From positions 1 to 64,000 of the IMG/VR virus record IMGVR_UViG_3300032046_000006: a DNA stretch of 64,000 nucleotides. One strand, written 5' to 3'. The notes under the pieces were generated by a model that did not search any database, was not told where the DNA came from, and saw only the letters and a list, made by a program, of their open reading frames with translations. Shown in pieces: positions 29,322-39,742 of the stretch. The translations under genes were made by a program, and so were the position numbers. Each line of letters begins with the position of its first letter. Positions within the stretch are counted from its first letter, which is position 1. The DNA is from a virus.

Positions 29322-30960
29322 TAATTTAACAGACAATGAACTTTTTTATTGTGAACAATTTTATAATGCCCGTTGTTTGGTGGAATCTACATTTTCAAAA
29401 GGAAGCCCAAGGAATTGGAATGATGGCAAACCTTGCATCAAATTAAGACTATACCAACGTCCTTTTTTAGGCTTTGATTCCGCATTGGAAGACGATGACA
29501 GATTATCAGAACTTGAAAATTTTAGAAGAAGAATTGCAGTAGGAACTCGTATTATTATTTGTGCTAGAAAAATAGGGAAAACATTTATAGCATTGGTTGC
29601 AAATATTTTGACAAAATTAGTACATTACAACGATTTAGAAATGACGACATCAAGTTATGATGAGAAACATCTTGATAAAGTTATGAATGAAGTTAAAGAA
29701 TTTTTTGGTTATCATAATTTTTATAAATGCTACAGACAAAGTATTAGAGGTAGCCCAGAATACACAATCGAAACAAAAAATGGCAATAAACTTTTTGGGA
29801 TAAACGAGACAGTTAAAGGAAAATCCCCAGGGACTAACTGGTGGGGTCACCACACTTTTATAAACTTTCAAGATGAAATTCAGGCAGAAACAGAAGCAGC
29901 CTATTCTTGTAAAATTGATGCAGTTAGCGAACTTGGTGTTATGGAAATCTTATGCGGTATTCCTCTCGTTACTAAAGTTTCTCCTTTGGGGAGAACGATA
30001 AGAGATAGAGAATTAAGAAATAAAATTATAAGAATACCTCAATATGTTAGTCATCTTTGGGATGATTTTACGAAACAGAGAAGAATCAGAGAGTATGGAG
30101 GCGAAGAAAGTGCAGGATTTCGGGTAAATGTTGCTGCGGATTTAATTGAAGGTGCCTTTGGTGCCTTCCCTATGGATACCATTAAACTTAATTATAACAA
30201 AAAAAGAATCATAAAAAGATTTGAAATCACCAAAAAGACATTTAAAGATTTTAAATCTTTATTAGTTATAGAGCCAATATTAAATGCAGATAGAACTTAT
30301 GTCGTGGCTGATATTGGAGATACTGCTGCAACAGAAATTGCTGTAATTGCAAAAATAAATAATAGATACCATTTAATTTATAATATAACTACTTATAGAT
30401 TATCTTTGACTCAAGAATTGCCCGATGTAATAGAATTTATTTTTAGAAAGATTAAAGGAAATTTTCTCAGTGTAGATTGCACAATTATGGGTAAATCAGT
30501 ATATGAAATTTTAAGTGAAAGATTAAATGAAATTATAAAAGATGAAAAAGGAAATGTAATTAAAACAAAAAAAAGAGTTTATTGGTGTGCATTTAACGAG
30601 GATATGGTTACTGGTTTTGAAAAAGATGATAATGGAAAAATATTGAAAGATGAAAAAGGTAGACCCGTTGAGAAAAAAGAACCTACTTTGGTTTTTGCAG
30701 TTAGAAGATTAAATGAATTATTTTTTGACAAAAAATTTGATATTCCTGATAATGATTATAAGTTTGAAAATCAGTTTGCTTCTTATATAAGCATTATATC
30801 AGGAAATAAAATACTTTATGATTCTACAATGACTGAAGACCATTATGTCCAGGCATTTGAAGTATTTTCTATTTTGGAGTGGAATACAGAACAAATGCCA
30901 TTATTAAGTATAGAAAATGAAAAACAAAGTCCCCCAATGGGACTTTTCCAAGGGATTTAA
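29314..30960 (+). CDS. Terminase large subunit
   Basis: YQ adenine-binding motif, Walker A ARKIGKT, Walker B FQDE, RNase H-like VVADIG, SVDCT and EDHYVQA. Confidence 0.85.
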   Translation: MISNLTDNELFYCEQFYNARCLVESTFSKGSPRNWNDGKPCIKLRLYQRPFLGFDSALEDDDRLSELENFRRRIAVGTRIIICARKIGKTFIALVANILTKLVHYNDLEMTTSSYDEKHLDKVMNEVKEFFGYHNFYKCYRQSIRGSPEYTIETKNGNKLFGINETVKGKSPGTNWWGHHTFINFQDEIQAETEAAYSCKIDAVSELGVMEILCGIPLVTKVSPLGRTIRDRELRNKIIRIPQYVSHLWDDFTKQRRIREYGGEESAGFRVNVAADLIEGAFGAFPMDTIKLNYNKKRIIKRFEITKKTFKDFKSLLVIEPILNADRTYVVADIGDTAATEIAVIAKINNRYHLIYNITTYRLSLTQELPDVIEFIFRKIKGNFLSVDCTIMGKSVYEILSERLNEIIKDEKGNVIKTKKRVYWCAFNEDMVTGFEKDDNGKILKDEKGRPVEKKEPTLVFAVRRLNELFFDKKFDIPDNDYKFENQFASYISIISGNKILYDSTMTEDHYVQAFEVFSILEWNTEQMPLLSIENEKQSPPMGLFQGI

Positions 30961-30979
30961 TTTTAAAAAGGAGTAATAT

Positions 30980-32728
30980 ATGGATTTAGAAACTCTATTT
31001 TATGGAAAAGTAATTAATCTTTTATTGAATTCTAAAGCAATAGAAGTGAGTGGCAATTTTCATGTACAGTGTGGATATGTTGATGATGTCATTTCTAATG
31101 ATGTTACTGGTATTGTTAATACTATTTTGGAATATGCCATTGATTCTGCCTCCGCTGCTACTTATCGAATAGAATGTAGTAATCAGACAGTAGAGGATTT
31201 ATTGAATAAATGGCTAAATGGAATAAATGATGATTTGCTTGGAGTTATTCCTACAGGAATACCTGACTTATCCCGGGAATATTTTAATGAACTTTGGAAA
31301 GGTAGTTCGTTTTCTATTTTACGTGCAAAAGATTGGAAAGATTTAACAATAGGCGGAAATAAAATTTTAATCCCCAAGGCACTTTATTTTGCCAATGGGG
31401 CATCCATATATACAGACAGACCATCAAATAAAATCGTTGAATTGGGGAAAGACAAATATTTTTTAGACAAAGAAAAAAAGAATCCCCTCCCAGGAACCAA
31501 AGGAAATGAAGTAATAGTCGTTCAGAAAAACGGAGCCAGATGGCAGGATGCCTATCCCATCCCATATATTATTAGAAAAGGTATTTATAAAAATCATAAG
31601 GCGTTGCAAATTTTAATGGATAAGGGCGATGAGACAATAACCAAAGCACTTCCTTATTTATTTTTATTGACTGCTGGCAGTGATGCTTTGGCACAAATGG
31701 GAATAAATTATAAAGATGCAGATTTAAAAAAATATCAAACTGAGTTAAGAGCAGATATAGAGAAATATAAAAACGAAAAGGGCAAATTGCCCGCTCTCGT
31801 TGATACCTGGGATAAAAAATATTCTCACTTGATACCAGATTTTAGACCTATTTTAAGTCAAGACCTATTTGTTCAAGGTTATAGAGCAATTTTGGCAGGA
31901 CTGGGATTTATTGATTTATTGGAAATTTCTATTTCTCGTCAAGAAACAAGATTAAATCCTAAACCATTTATTGCTTCAATAAATTCGGGAGTGGATGGAT
32001 TTAAGAGTATTTTAACAGATTTGGTCAAAATAATAATAAAAAAGAACATAGAAGACCATCGAAAAATATTTAGTGAAAATAACGCAATCGCTGTCGTGAG
32101 TTCGCCCCTTCGGATAAATACAGAACAAATACTTGATATAATTAGAAGTGCATACGATAGAGGAAATTTGAGTAAACGTAGTTTTGTTGAAACTATAGGT
32201 TATGATTATGACCAAGAAAAAATAAGAAGACAAAAAGAAGCAGACGACGGTGATGAAGATTTAATGTATCCTCAAATTATTACTAATCAAGAAGAAAAAG
32301 GAAAAGACACTGTCATACCTTCAAAACCAAAAAATGAAAAAAATGAGAAACAAGGAAAAAAACCAGGGACTCCCGAAGTTAATGATTATAAAAATGCTTC
32401 TCAGGAAATTGCTAAATGCAAAAAATGTGGTAATGAATTTGATTATTTGGCAACTCCAGAAGCGGGGATGGGATGGGTCAAATGTCCTAAATGTGAAGAG
32501 GCAGTCAGTCAAGATGATTTGATTATTGCTCCCTACAATTCATTACAAGATTTATTAAGTAAACATCCAAATTTAAAAAAATATCCAGTTGGTGCCCAAA
32601 AAGTATTTATGGAAGTTTTTAATTCTATTTACAAAGAAACTGGAGATGAAGCAAGGGCTTTTGCTGGAGCCTATAGTAAACTTCATAAATGGATGAAAAG
32701 ACATGGTGGAAAAGGAGAAAATAAATAA
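30980..32728 (+). CDS. Portal protein with C-terminal Zn ribbon and ChaB-like domain
   Basis: Position after the terminase and size; CKKC...CPKC; YPVGAQKVFMEVFNSIY...EARAFAGAY resembles ChaB. Confidence 0.7.
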   Translation: MDLETLFYGKVINLLLNSKAIEVSGNFHVQCGYVDDVISNDVTGIVNTILEYAIDSASAATYRIECSNQTVEDLLNKWLNGINDDLLGVIPTGIPDLSREYFNELWKGSSFSILRAKDWKDLTIGGNKILIPKALYFANGASIYTDRPSNKIVELGKDKYFLDKEKKNPLPGTKGNEVIVVQKNGARWQDAYPIPYIIRKGIYKNHKALQILMDKGDETITKALPYLFLLTAGSDALAQMGINYKDADLKKYQTELRADIEKYKNEKGKLPALVDTWDKKYSHLIPDFRPILSQDLFVQGYRAILAGLGFIDLLEISISRQETRLNPKPFIASINSGVDGFKSILTDLVKIIIKKNIEDHRKIFSENNAIAVVSSPLRINTEQILDIIRSAYDRGNLSKRSFVETIGYDYDQEKIRRQKEADDGDEDLMYPQIITNQEEKGKDTVIPSKPKNEKNEKQGKKPGTPEVNDYKNASQEIAKCKKCGNEFDYLATPEAGMGWVKCPKCEEAVSQDDLIIAPYNSLQDLLSKHPNLKKYPVGAQKVFMEVFNSIYKETGDEARAFAGAYSKLHKWMKRHGGKGENK

Positions 32729-34563
32729 TGTCAAAATTATGCAATAAAAAATTATTGGCAAATTCTCTTCTTGAATGGACTTTAGGAAGCGAAACCACAT
32801 TCATAGAGGCAAAAGATAATCAAGATTTAATAGATAAAGCTAAAAAATTAGGAATAATTTTGCCCAGTCCTGACCTTGCAGCTTTTTCCACAATATATGC
32901 CGAGGTAGATAAGTTTAATCTTAATGGAGTTAAGATTCCCAAGGAAGTTGCAAAAAAGGGGATAAAAACTCTAGTGGGGAAGCAGATTAACTGGAACCAT
33001 TCGGGGGCTTATCAAATTTGTGGATATATTATTGATGCAGAATTAAAAGAAAATAAAATATTTATTACTGGTATTCTATTTAAGTCATTGTTTAAACAAG
33101 AATTTGATGAGGTTATACAATTATTTGTAGAACGTAATTTATTCGTTTCATTTGAACTTTGGAAAATTTCCCCAGATGGGAAATCAATTATTAAATCTTT
33201 AGGTAATGGTTATAAAGAATTAATCGATTTCATAGGTCATGGATGTGCATTATTATTACTCGACCCTCAGACCAAAAAACCCATACCTCCAGCTTGTCCT
33301 CAAGCTCAGGTATTTAAACTTTTAGCATCAGAAAAGTTAATTCAAGAAGCAGAACAGATAATTAATAAGGTATTTGAAAAAGACGATAGACTCGTTTATG
33401 CAGAACTTTCTATAGAAGAGAAAGAACCCTGCAACAAATGTGCCAAGTGCACATATGAAAAGGAGGAACCGAAATTGGATGAAATTTATTTATTTGAGTT
33501 AGCTATTGATAATGTTATTGAATTGAATGAGGAGGAAATTTCCTCCTTTGAGAATGATTATGAAGGTGGAGAAATTGAAGAAGCCAAAAAATTAAAATAT
33601 GAAGAGAGGCAAAATCTTCCCGATAGTGATTTTGCTGTAGTGGTTACAGTAAAAAATAAAGTTACTGGAAAACCCAGAAAAATTAGAATGTTTCCTATTC
33701 AAGACGAGGCACATGTGAGAAATGCTTTGGCACGTTTGCCTTTGGCTACAGAAACATTAAAAAAATTAGGAGTTTCTCCAGAAGAAGTTAAAAAGAAAAT
33801 TCTCAAAAAAGCAAAAGAACTTAATATGACCGAATTATTAAAGAAATATGAAAAAGCAGAAGATGCTCAGGTAATTGTCGAACCAGCGAAAGTAGAGTTA
33901 CCTATTGTTGATGAACCAAAAGTAGAAGTATCAGTGGTCGAACCTATAATAGAGGTAAAGCCAGTTGAAGCAACTACCGAAGTTCCTATAGTAGAGGTTA
34001 AACTCGAACCTGCTGAAGTAGTCATTCCACCTGTCGAAGTAAAAGCCGAAATGGTAACAGAACAACCAGTTAATCCAGCAAAAAAGTTAGTTAAAGTTGC
34101 CGTTGAACAGACCGAAACTTTGGTAAATACTTATACCGACGAAGTAGGTTCTGGAGTTTCAAGTAGAAAATGTCATACGAAAACAATTAAAGATTTTGAT
34201 GATGGTACTCAGGAAGTTATAGAAAGCGATAGTGATTATGTAACAAAATATACTCTTGCTGAACTTGAAGAGAAAGTAAATGCTGCAAAAGCCGAAAAGG
34301 ATACAGAAATTGCTACTCTTAAAGCAGAACACGAAAGAGTATTAGGTGAAAAAGATAAAGAAATTAAAAATAAGAACGAAGAACTTGATGCGAAAGCTCA
34401 AGAGATTGCCAAATTAACTAAACCAGTTGAAGAGGCAACCGTAGTAGACCCACCTATTTTAGATGTAGGTGCGGTAACAAAAGTAAAAGAAGATAAGTAT
34501 CAAAAATATGCTGATGAAGTAAACGATAAAGCATATGGAAAAAAGATAATCAATAAAAAATAA
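32728..34563 (+). CDS. Prohead protease/scaffold fusion with a DUF6582-like insert
   Basis: NLNG...NWNH...G.I...VSFE protease pattern; ERQNLPDSDFA...FPIQDEAHVRNALAR; Glu/Val/Pro linker; C-terminal coiled coil. Confidence 0.7.
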   Translation: MSKLCNKKLLANSLLEWTLGSETTFIEAKDNQDLIDKAKKLGIILPSPDLAAFSTIYAEVDKFNLNGVKIPKEVAKKGIKTLVGKQINWNHSGAYQICGYIIDAELKENKIFITGILFKSLFKQEFDEVIQLFVERNLFVSFELWKISPDGKSIIKSLGNGYKELIDFIGHGCALLLLDPQTKKPIPPACPQAQVFKLLASEKLIQEAEQIINKVFEKDDRLVYAELSIEEKEPCNKCAKCTYEKEEPKLDEIYLFELAIDNVIELNEEEISSFENDYEGGEIEEAKKLKYEERQNLPDSDFAVVVTVKNKVTGKPRKIRMFPIQDEAHVRNALARLPLATETLKKLGVSPEEVKKKILKKAKELNMTELLKKYEKAEDAQVIVEPAKVELPIVDEPKVEVSVVEPIIEVKPVEATTEVPIVEVKLEPAEVVIPPVEVKAEMVTEQPVNPAKKLVKVAVEQTETLVNTYTDEVGSGVSSRKCHTKTIKDFDDGTQEVIESDSDYVTKYTLAELEEKVNAAKAEKDTEIATLKAEHERVLGEKDKEIKNKNEELDAKAQEIAKLTKPVEEATVVDPPILDVGAVTKVKEDKYQKYADEVNDKAYGKKIINKK

Positions 34564-34584
34564 TTTTTTGGAGGAAATAAAATA

Positions 34585-35556
34585 ATGGATAGTCTTATTG
34601 AAAAAGCAATGCGAATAATTGGCGCTCCAATTGACGCTAATCATTCAGTGTCGGTTGAACTGACCGAAATATGTAATATTCCAGAACCTGCTGCTCCTGG
34701 TGAACTTTGTTATACTTTTGTTCCTGATGATTCTAATGGTGTAGATAAAATTTATACTTCTGGTTCTGAAGGTCAAATTTTAACAATAAAAGTCAAATTG
34801 GCTGGATTAACATCCCTTAATTTTGAATTTTTACAGTCAAAGGAAGAATATGTTCTAGTTCAGGAATTGGCGGAATCTCCTGACACTAATGCTTTAGCAA
34901 GACGTAAAGTTTCTATTGGTAGAGCTATGGATAAACTAGAGTCAAAAAGAGTATACGACCTCGTATTAGCTCTTGATGGTGATACTGATGTTGGTTTAGT
35001 TGACCAAGAAGTAGCGAGAACAACTGGCGAAGACATTTATGATTTAATCGTGGCTATGGTTCGTAAAGTTGAAAACTATGCCAATGATTATGTTCTTTTG
35101 GCTGGTAATACTGCTTATGCTGAAATTGAAGATTATGATAAAGCAAATGCTGACAATTTCCTTACTGCTGTTAGTATTTTTGATTTGTTAAAAAGAAAAG
35201 GCATTACATTAATTAAAGTTTTTGAAAATATACAGTTAAGAAACGCTGATGATAATAGTGGTTCTGATGTTCCTGTATTGGCTGCTGACAAAATGATTTT
35301 GATAGGTCGTAATTCTAAGTTATTAGCTGGTAAACCTATTCTTTTCATGAGACGTCAAGTTAGAGCTTTGGTTGCCAACGCTGGTGGAACTTTTGATGTA
35401 GATGAAAGAGCTTTATATACTGCCGAGACACCTTCTCCTATGTATAATGGTACGGTATTGACTCACGGATATGGGATTTTCGGTTTTGAGTCGATTGTTG
35501 CTGCAATCTTGAATTATAGGGCGGTTTGTTGGGCTGATTCGACAGTTGTAAGTTAA
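34585..35556 (+). CDS. Major capsid protein (HK97-fold, inferred)
   Basis: 323 aa, follows the scaffold, GAGG RBS, strongly T-ending codon bias of a highly expressed gene. Confidence 0.75.
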   Translation: MDSLIEKAMRIIGAPIDANHSVSVELTEICNIPEPAAPGELCYTFVPDDSNGVDKIYTSGSEGQILTIKVKLAGLTSLNFEFLQSKEEYVLVQELAESPDTNALARRKVSIGRAMDKLESKRVYDLVLALDGDTDVGLVDQEVARTTGEDIYDLIVAMVRKVENYANDYVLLAGNTAYAEIEDYDKANADNFLTAVSIFDLLKRKGITLIKVFENIQLRNADDNSGSDVPVLAADKMILIGRNSKLLAGKPILFMRRQVRALVANAGGTFDVDERALYTAETPSPMYNGTVLTHGYGIFGFESIVAAILNYRAVCWADSTVVS

Positions 35557-35583
35557 TAATTATTTTTTTCATAATGATAAATC

Positions 35584-35617
35584 GAGGGGAAGACTCAATA
35601 AGTCTCCCCTCCCAAAA
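35584..35617 (+). promoter_or_regulatory. GAGGG...CCCTC-CCAAA hairpin, copy 5
   Basis: GAGGGG(A)AGACT/AGTCTCCCCTC followed by CCAAAA, abutting the HNH ATG. Confidence 0.7.
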
Positions 35618-36208
35618 ATGAAAAAATATAATTGTAAATGCGGAAACGAAATTTGTTCAGTAACTGCAATTTATGGAAGTGGATTATGTCGTTCTTGTGC
35701 AAGAAAAAAAGAATATAAAGAAGGCTCTCATCCATTTTTAAAATTAGTAGGAAAACATCCTCATAATTATAAAGGAATTAAAGGAAATTTTATATGTATA
35801 GATTGTAAACTTCCTATTAGTGATTATAGAAAGAGATGTAAATCTTGTGAAAATCGAAGAAGAATAGAGTTAGGTATAATTTGTCAAAAAGGAGTTAATG
35901 CAGGAGATAAGAATCCGAATTGGCAAGGCGGTATTTCAAGACTACCTTATTCTCCAGATTGGGCAGAACAATTACGAGACTCTATTCGTAATCGAGACCA
36001 CTACGAGTGCCAAAACTGCGGCATGACCGAAGAGGAACACATAATAGTAGTAGGGCAAGTTTTAACAGTTCATCATATAGACTACAATAAAAAGAATTGT
36101 GTCGAAAATAATTTGATTAGTCTTTGCAATCAATGTAATTCGAGGGCAAACTTCAATCGTCTTTATTGGCAAGAATTTTATACTAATAAAATTTTACTTA
36201 AAATATGA
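35618..36208 (+). CDS. HNH endonuclease with Zn fingers
   Basis: RDHYECQNCG...VHHIDYNKKNC...NLISLCNQCN. Confidence 0.88.
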   Translation: MKKYNCKCGNEICSVTAIYGSGLCRSCARKKEYKEGSHPFLKLVGKHPHNYKGIKGNFICIDCKLPISDYRKRCKSCENRRRIELGIICQKGVNAGDKNPNWQGGISRLPYSPDWAEQLRDSIRNRDHYECQNCGMTEEEHIIVVGQVLTVHHIDYNKKNCVENNLISLCNQCNSRANFNRLYWQEFYTNKILLKI

Positions 36209-36648
36209 TAAGAAGACTTAATTTAAAAGATAAAACTTCACTTTATGACTTTATTAACAATTGTCCGGATAAGTTTGAAGATTTTTATCTAACTATTGGG
36301 AAGGAACGGAAATTTTTAAAAGGGAACTTCAAATTAATTGAAAAAATTTTGAAATATCAAACTTTTTATGCTGTTGATTTAGGTGAGATAAAAGCAATTT
36401 TATTGATACATAGAGAAAAAAATTTTAGACCTTACATTCGCATCTTGACACAAAACAAAAAATATATTTATGACTTGATGAGATTTGTTGGTTGGAATTT
36501 TTCAGAAGAATTATATATGAAAGTTAAAAAATTGAATATAATTAATGCAGTGGCTCAACGATTTGGATGGGAATTTTTGGGAAGTCGGGGATTGGAAATA
36601 TTATTGAAAAAGAATAAAAGTAAACCAAGGGAGATAAGACGTGAATAA
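36205..36648 (+). CDS. Hypothetical protein, possible GNAT-like fold
   Basis: MIRRL..KD start and N...AQRFGWEFLG end; weak similarity. Confidence 0.45.
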   Translation: MIRRLNLKDKTSLYDFINNCPDKFEDFYLTIGKERKFLKGNFKLIEKILKYQTFYAVDLGEIKAILLIHREKNFRPYIRILTQNKKYIYDLMRFVGWNFSEELYMKVKKLNIINAVAQRFGWEFLGSRGLEILLKKNKSKPREIRRE

Positions 36649-37237
36649 TATAATCGCTAAAGTGAGAGATATAATTGGAGACCAAATCCAAATTGATGGG
36701 AGTGATTTTCGTGAATTTATTACATCTAAAGTTTTTACTTTGTCTTATTCTAATGTAGTCGACATTAAAATATATTTAAATGGAAGTGGTAGTGAATGGT
36801 CTTCTGATAATTGGGAATATGTTAATGGAAGAATAGTGGTAGACGAAGAATCAGGAGAAGAATTAGTTCCTGGCGAAGATGTATTAGAAATAAGATATTC
36901 CTATTATAATAAATATTCTGAAGGCGAAATTAGAGGATATGTTCGTTCAGCAATTTATCATTTGGTTACTGAACAATATAAAACTTTTACAGTAAGACCT
37001 CCTACTACTATTTTCCCCACTCCTGATGAGCGGGAAGAAGATTTAATTGCTATAATCGCCTCTATCTTGATAAAAGGGTCTATTCGTTCCTATAGGACAC
37101 CAGAAATTACCATTGTATTTTCGGAAGATATGTCGGTTGAAAAGAAAATTAAACAAGTAATAAATCAATTCGATAAACCATCTCCCAGTATTGAATATAT
37201 AAACCCAAGTAAAGAATTCCCCGAAGAGGAGGAATAA
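36641..37237 (+). CDS. Head-tail adaptor-like protein with an inserted beta domain
   Basis: KVRDIIGD N-terminus typical of gp15/gp6-like adaptors; position in the operon. Confidence 0.6.
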   Translation: MNNIIAKVRDIIGDQIQIDGSDFREFITSKVFTLSYSNVVDIKIYLNGSGSEWSSDNWEYVNGRIVVDEESGEELVPGEDVLEIRYSYYNKYSEGEIRGYVRSAIYHLVTEQYKTFTVRPPTTIFPTPDEREEDLIAIIASILIKGSIRSYRTPEITIVFSEDMSVEKKIKQVINQFDKPSPSIEYINPSKEFPEEEE

Positions 37238-37238
37238 A

Positions 37239-37406
37239 ATGGAAAAAAGTTTAATTACCCTTTGGGATTATTGGATAGACCATAAATTAATGATGGCTTA
37301 TTGTATAGGCGAAAAAAATGGAATTTTAAATTTTTCCGAAGCCCCAGTTCAAAAATTATATTATGAAGACAATGATAGTGGCGAAAGTTGGAAAAAAGGA
37401 AGATAA
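37239..37406 (+). CDS. Small hypothetical protein, 55 aa
   Basis: Translated by hand; GGAGG RBS; fills the gap exactly. Confidence 0.55.
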   Translation: MEKSLITLWDYWIDHKLMMAYCIGEKNGILNFSEAPVQKLYYEDNDSGESWKKGR

Positions 37407-37408
37407 AT

Positions 37409-37792
37409 ATGTCATCAGATAGACGGATTAATATTTTTCAACTACTAAAAAACGAGGGTCGACTGGAGAAAGTATTAGTTTTCCCCGCCATAAAAAGGGA
37501 GGACGACCCTACAGAACACACGACCTCTAAAACCCTATTAAATCCTATTGCAATCGAAGCATTAGTAAGAAATGTTTCCACTGAAGCACTTGCATGGCAT
37601 TATTATGGTTTGATTCCATCGGAATCGAAGGAAATTATCGTAGAGAAAAAATACAAAGAACTCCTAAAACTTGCAGAAAAGATTCAGATAGGTGATGACT
37701 TCTACAAATGTTTTCACGATGACCAAAAGGGGTTCGGGGTACTTTCTCGCCAGGAATACATCGTGGTAATTTTAGAATTAAAAAATATTTAA
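37409..37792 (+). CDS. Head closure/stopper-like protein
   Basis: Position and size; start moved to the ATG at 37409. Confidence 0.5.
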   Translation: MSSDRRINIFQLLKNEGRLEKVLVFPAIKREDDPTEHTTSKTLLNPIAIEALVRNVSTEALAWHYYGLIPSESKEIIVEKKYKELLKLAEKIQIGDDFYKCFHDDQKGFGVLSRQEYIVVILELKNI

Positions 37793-37804
37793 AGGATTAA
37801 ATAT

Positions 37805-38374
37805 ATGTTAAGTATATCTATGAAGTGGGATTCCGCTGAATTTCATCATTTTGTAACTGCTGTCGGTAATATTAATTTTGTACAAGCAGAAGCAGACCTC
37901 GCTAACTTGGCGGAAGATACAGTAAAAACCATGTGCGAAATCATAAATTCTTCTAGAAAAAGACCAGATAAAGGAACCCATAGATTAGAGAATTCCATAG
38001 ATTGGGAAGAACTTATAAATGACCCAGGAAAACATCTACAAATAGGTATAGCAAATATTGAAAAGATGACTAAAGAGGCTCCTTATTGGGAAGTGTTAGA
38101 CCAGGGAGGATATGTTCCGCCACAGAATATTGGTTATTTTACATCTGGTTCGGGATTATCTGGAGATAGAACGAAACCAGAAGCAGGAGGTTCGGGACAG
38201 ACATGGATTCATACTGGAGGAGAAGTAGGACAAAGATATTATCGTATGCAACCCTCGAAAGCAATTGAAGGCATTGACTATATTGGATTTTCATTACGTC
38301 ATCTTGATGAAGAATTTAAAAATAGATTAGAAACTCTTGGCATGAAAATTTTTGAAAATGTTGAAAAACTATGA
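37805..38374 (+). CDS. Neck/tail completion protein (HK97 gp10-like)
   Basis: GTHRLENSI...APYWEVLDQG pattern. Confidence 0.55.
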   Translation: MLSISMKWDSAEFHHFVTAVGNINFVQAEADLANLAEDTVKTMCEIINSSRKRPDKGTHRLENSIDWEELINDPGKHLQIGIANIEKMTKEAPYWEVLDQGGYVPPQNIGYFTSGSGLSGDRTKPEAGGSGQTWIHTGGEVGQRYYRMQPSKAIEGIDYIGFSLRHLDEEFKNRLETLGMKIFENVEKL

Positions 38375-38391
38375 TAAGGAAGGAAAATTAA

Positions 38392-38883
38392 ATGGTTGTA
38401 AAAGAATATCAAAAACAATATTATCAAGAACATAAAGAAGAATTAAAAAAAAGAACTAAAAAATGGAGTCAGGAACATCAAAGAGAAATAGAAGAATATA
38501 GAGAAAAACATAAAAATCAAGCAAAGCAATATCGTTTAATCCATAAAAAAGAATTTAAAGAATATCGCCAGAGTCGCAAAGAAGAAATATATGAATATAA
38601 TAAAGAATATAATAAAGTCCATCCTTGGATGAGCCATTATAATGGTTCTAGGAGTAGATGTAATAATCCCAAAAATAATCATTATCATTCTTATGGTGGC
38701 AGAGGAATTAAATTTTTAATGACAAATAACGATTTCAGATATTTATGGTTTAGAGATAAAGCATTTGAAATGAAACAGGCATCTATAGATAGAATTGATA
38801 ATGATGGGAATTATGAATTAAATAATTGTAGATTTATTGAATTAATAAAAAATACAAAGAAAAAAATAGTGGAGAAAATCTAA
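38392..38883 (+). CDS. HNH-like homing endonuclease
   Basis: RCNNPKN..YHSYGGRGIK...SIDRIDNDGNYE..NCRF. Confidence 0.85.
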   Translation: MVVKEYQKQYYQEHKEELKKRTKKWSQEHQREIEEYREKHKNQAKQYRLIHKKEFKEYRQSRKEEIYEYNKEYNKVHPWMSHYNGSRSRCNNPKNNHYHSYGGRGIKFLMTNNDFRYLWFRDKAFEMKQASIDRIDNDGNYELNNCRFIELIKNTKKKIVEKI

Positions 38884-39374
38884 TGGCGAAATATAGAATT
38901 TCTAGGAATATTGAACGCTCATTTCTAGACCAAATCAAAGATTTACTTCCCGATGGCGACTGGGAGAATGTTCGAGTGGAGAAGACTTTCGTAGATGCTT
39001 ATAAAAAAGGTTCCGATGGTTCTTTTCTTCTTCCATGTATAGTAATAAATGTTTTAGAAAGTCGAGCAAAAAGATTGGAAATAAGTAGTAAAACATATCT
39101 CAAATATATAACTGTTAATTTTAGGGTATTCGGAACAGATGATGGAAATCGACTTGACCTCAAAGATTGGCTTTTTGAGCAAATAGAAAATTATGATTTT
39201 ATTTATTATACCTATGAAATAGTTGATAATATACCCATGGGAACCGAAGCGGGAAAGATAGTCATAACCAAGATTTTTGATGATAAAAAAGAGATGCAAA
39301 ATTCTGAAACATTGGTACAGGCGGATAAATTTCGGCATATCATAAGTTGTGAAGTTATGGTCGTACTTAGTTAA
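38883..39374 (+). CDS. Tail terminator-like protein
   Basis: LPCIVI motif; position before the tail tube gene. Confidence 0.55.
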   Translation: MAKYRISRNIERSFLDQIKDLLPDGDWENVRVEKTFVDAYKKGSDGSFLLPCIVINVLESRAKRLEISSKTYLKYITVNFRVFGTDDGNRLDLKDWLFEQIENYDFIYYTYEIVDNIPMGTEAGKIVITKIFDDKKEMQNSETLVQADKFRHIISCEVMVVLS

Positions 39375-39386
39375 GAGGAGATAATT

Positions 39387-39593
39387 ATGGTTAATTTAGT
39401 TCCTATTTTATCTTTTGGTTTAAATATTGTTATTCTTGTAGTATCAATTGCTGGATTTTTAAAGATACTTAAAAATGATTTAAGTCATCTTCAGAAAGAT
39501 GTATCAGAAATAAAAAATAAAGTTAATGATATAGACAAAAGAGTAGATACTATAGGAGAACGGGTAGCGAAAATTGAAGGTCGTTTAAAATAA
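39387..39593 (+). CDS. Single-TM coiled-coil protein (holin/XhlA-like)
   Basis: N-terminal hydrophobic helix; ERVAKIEG coiled coil. Confidence 0.5.
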   Translation: MVNLVPILSFGLNIVILVVSIAGFLKILKNDLSHLQKDVSEIKNKVNDIDKRVDTIGERVAKIEGRLK

Positions 39594-39660
39594 AAAGATA
39601 AATAGTAAGGTACTCGAAAGATATACGAGGGTTATAAAAATTGGTATGGTAGATAGAATG

Positions 39661-39742
39661 TGCGATTATATCGATTGAATTCTTTGGTGAAGAAAGAATC
39701 AAACCAACAATCGAAACCTATTGAAGAGGAAAAATAATCGCA
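39661..39742 (+). promoter_or_regulatory. Predicted multi-stem structured leader upstream of the tail tube gene
   Basis: Nested perfect stems TGCGATTAT/ATAATCGCA, TCGATTG/CAATCGA and ATTCTTT/AAAGAAT. Confidence 0.5.

Noticed and set aside
29314-30960. Intein or intron in the terminase
   Set aside because: Normal length, motifs in order, no intein splice-junction signatures.
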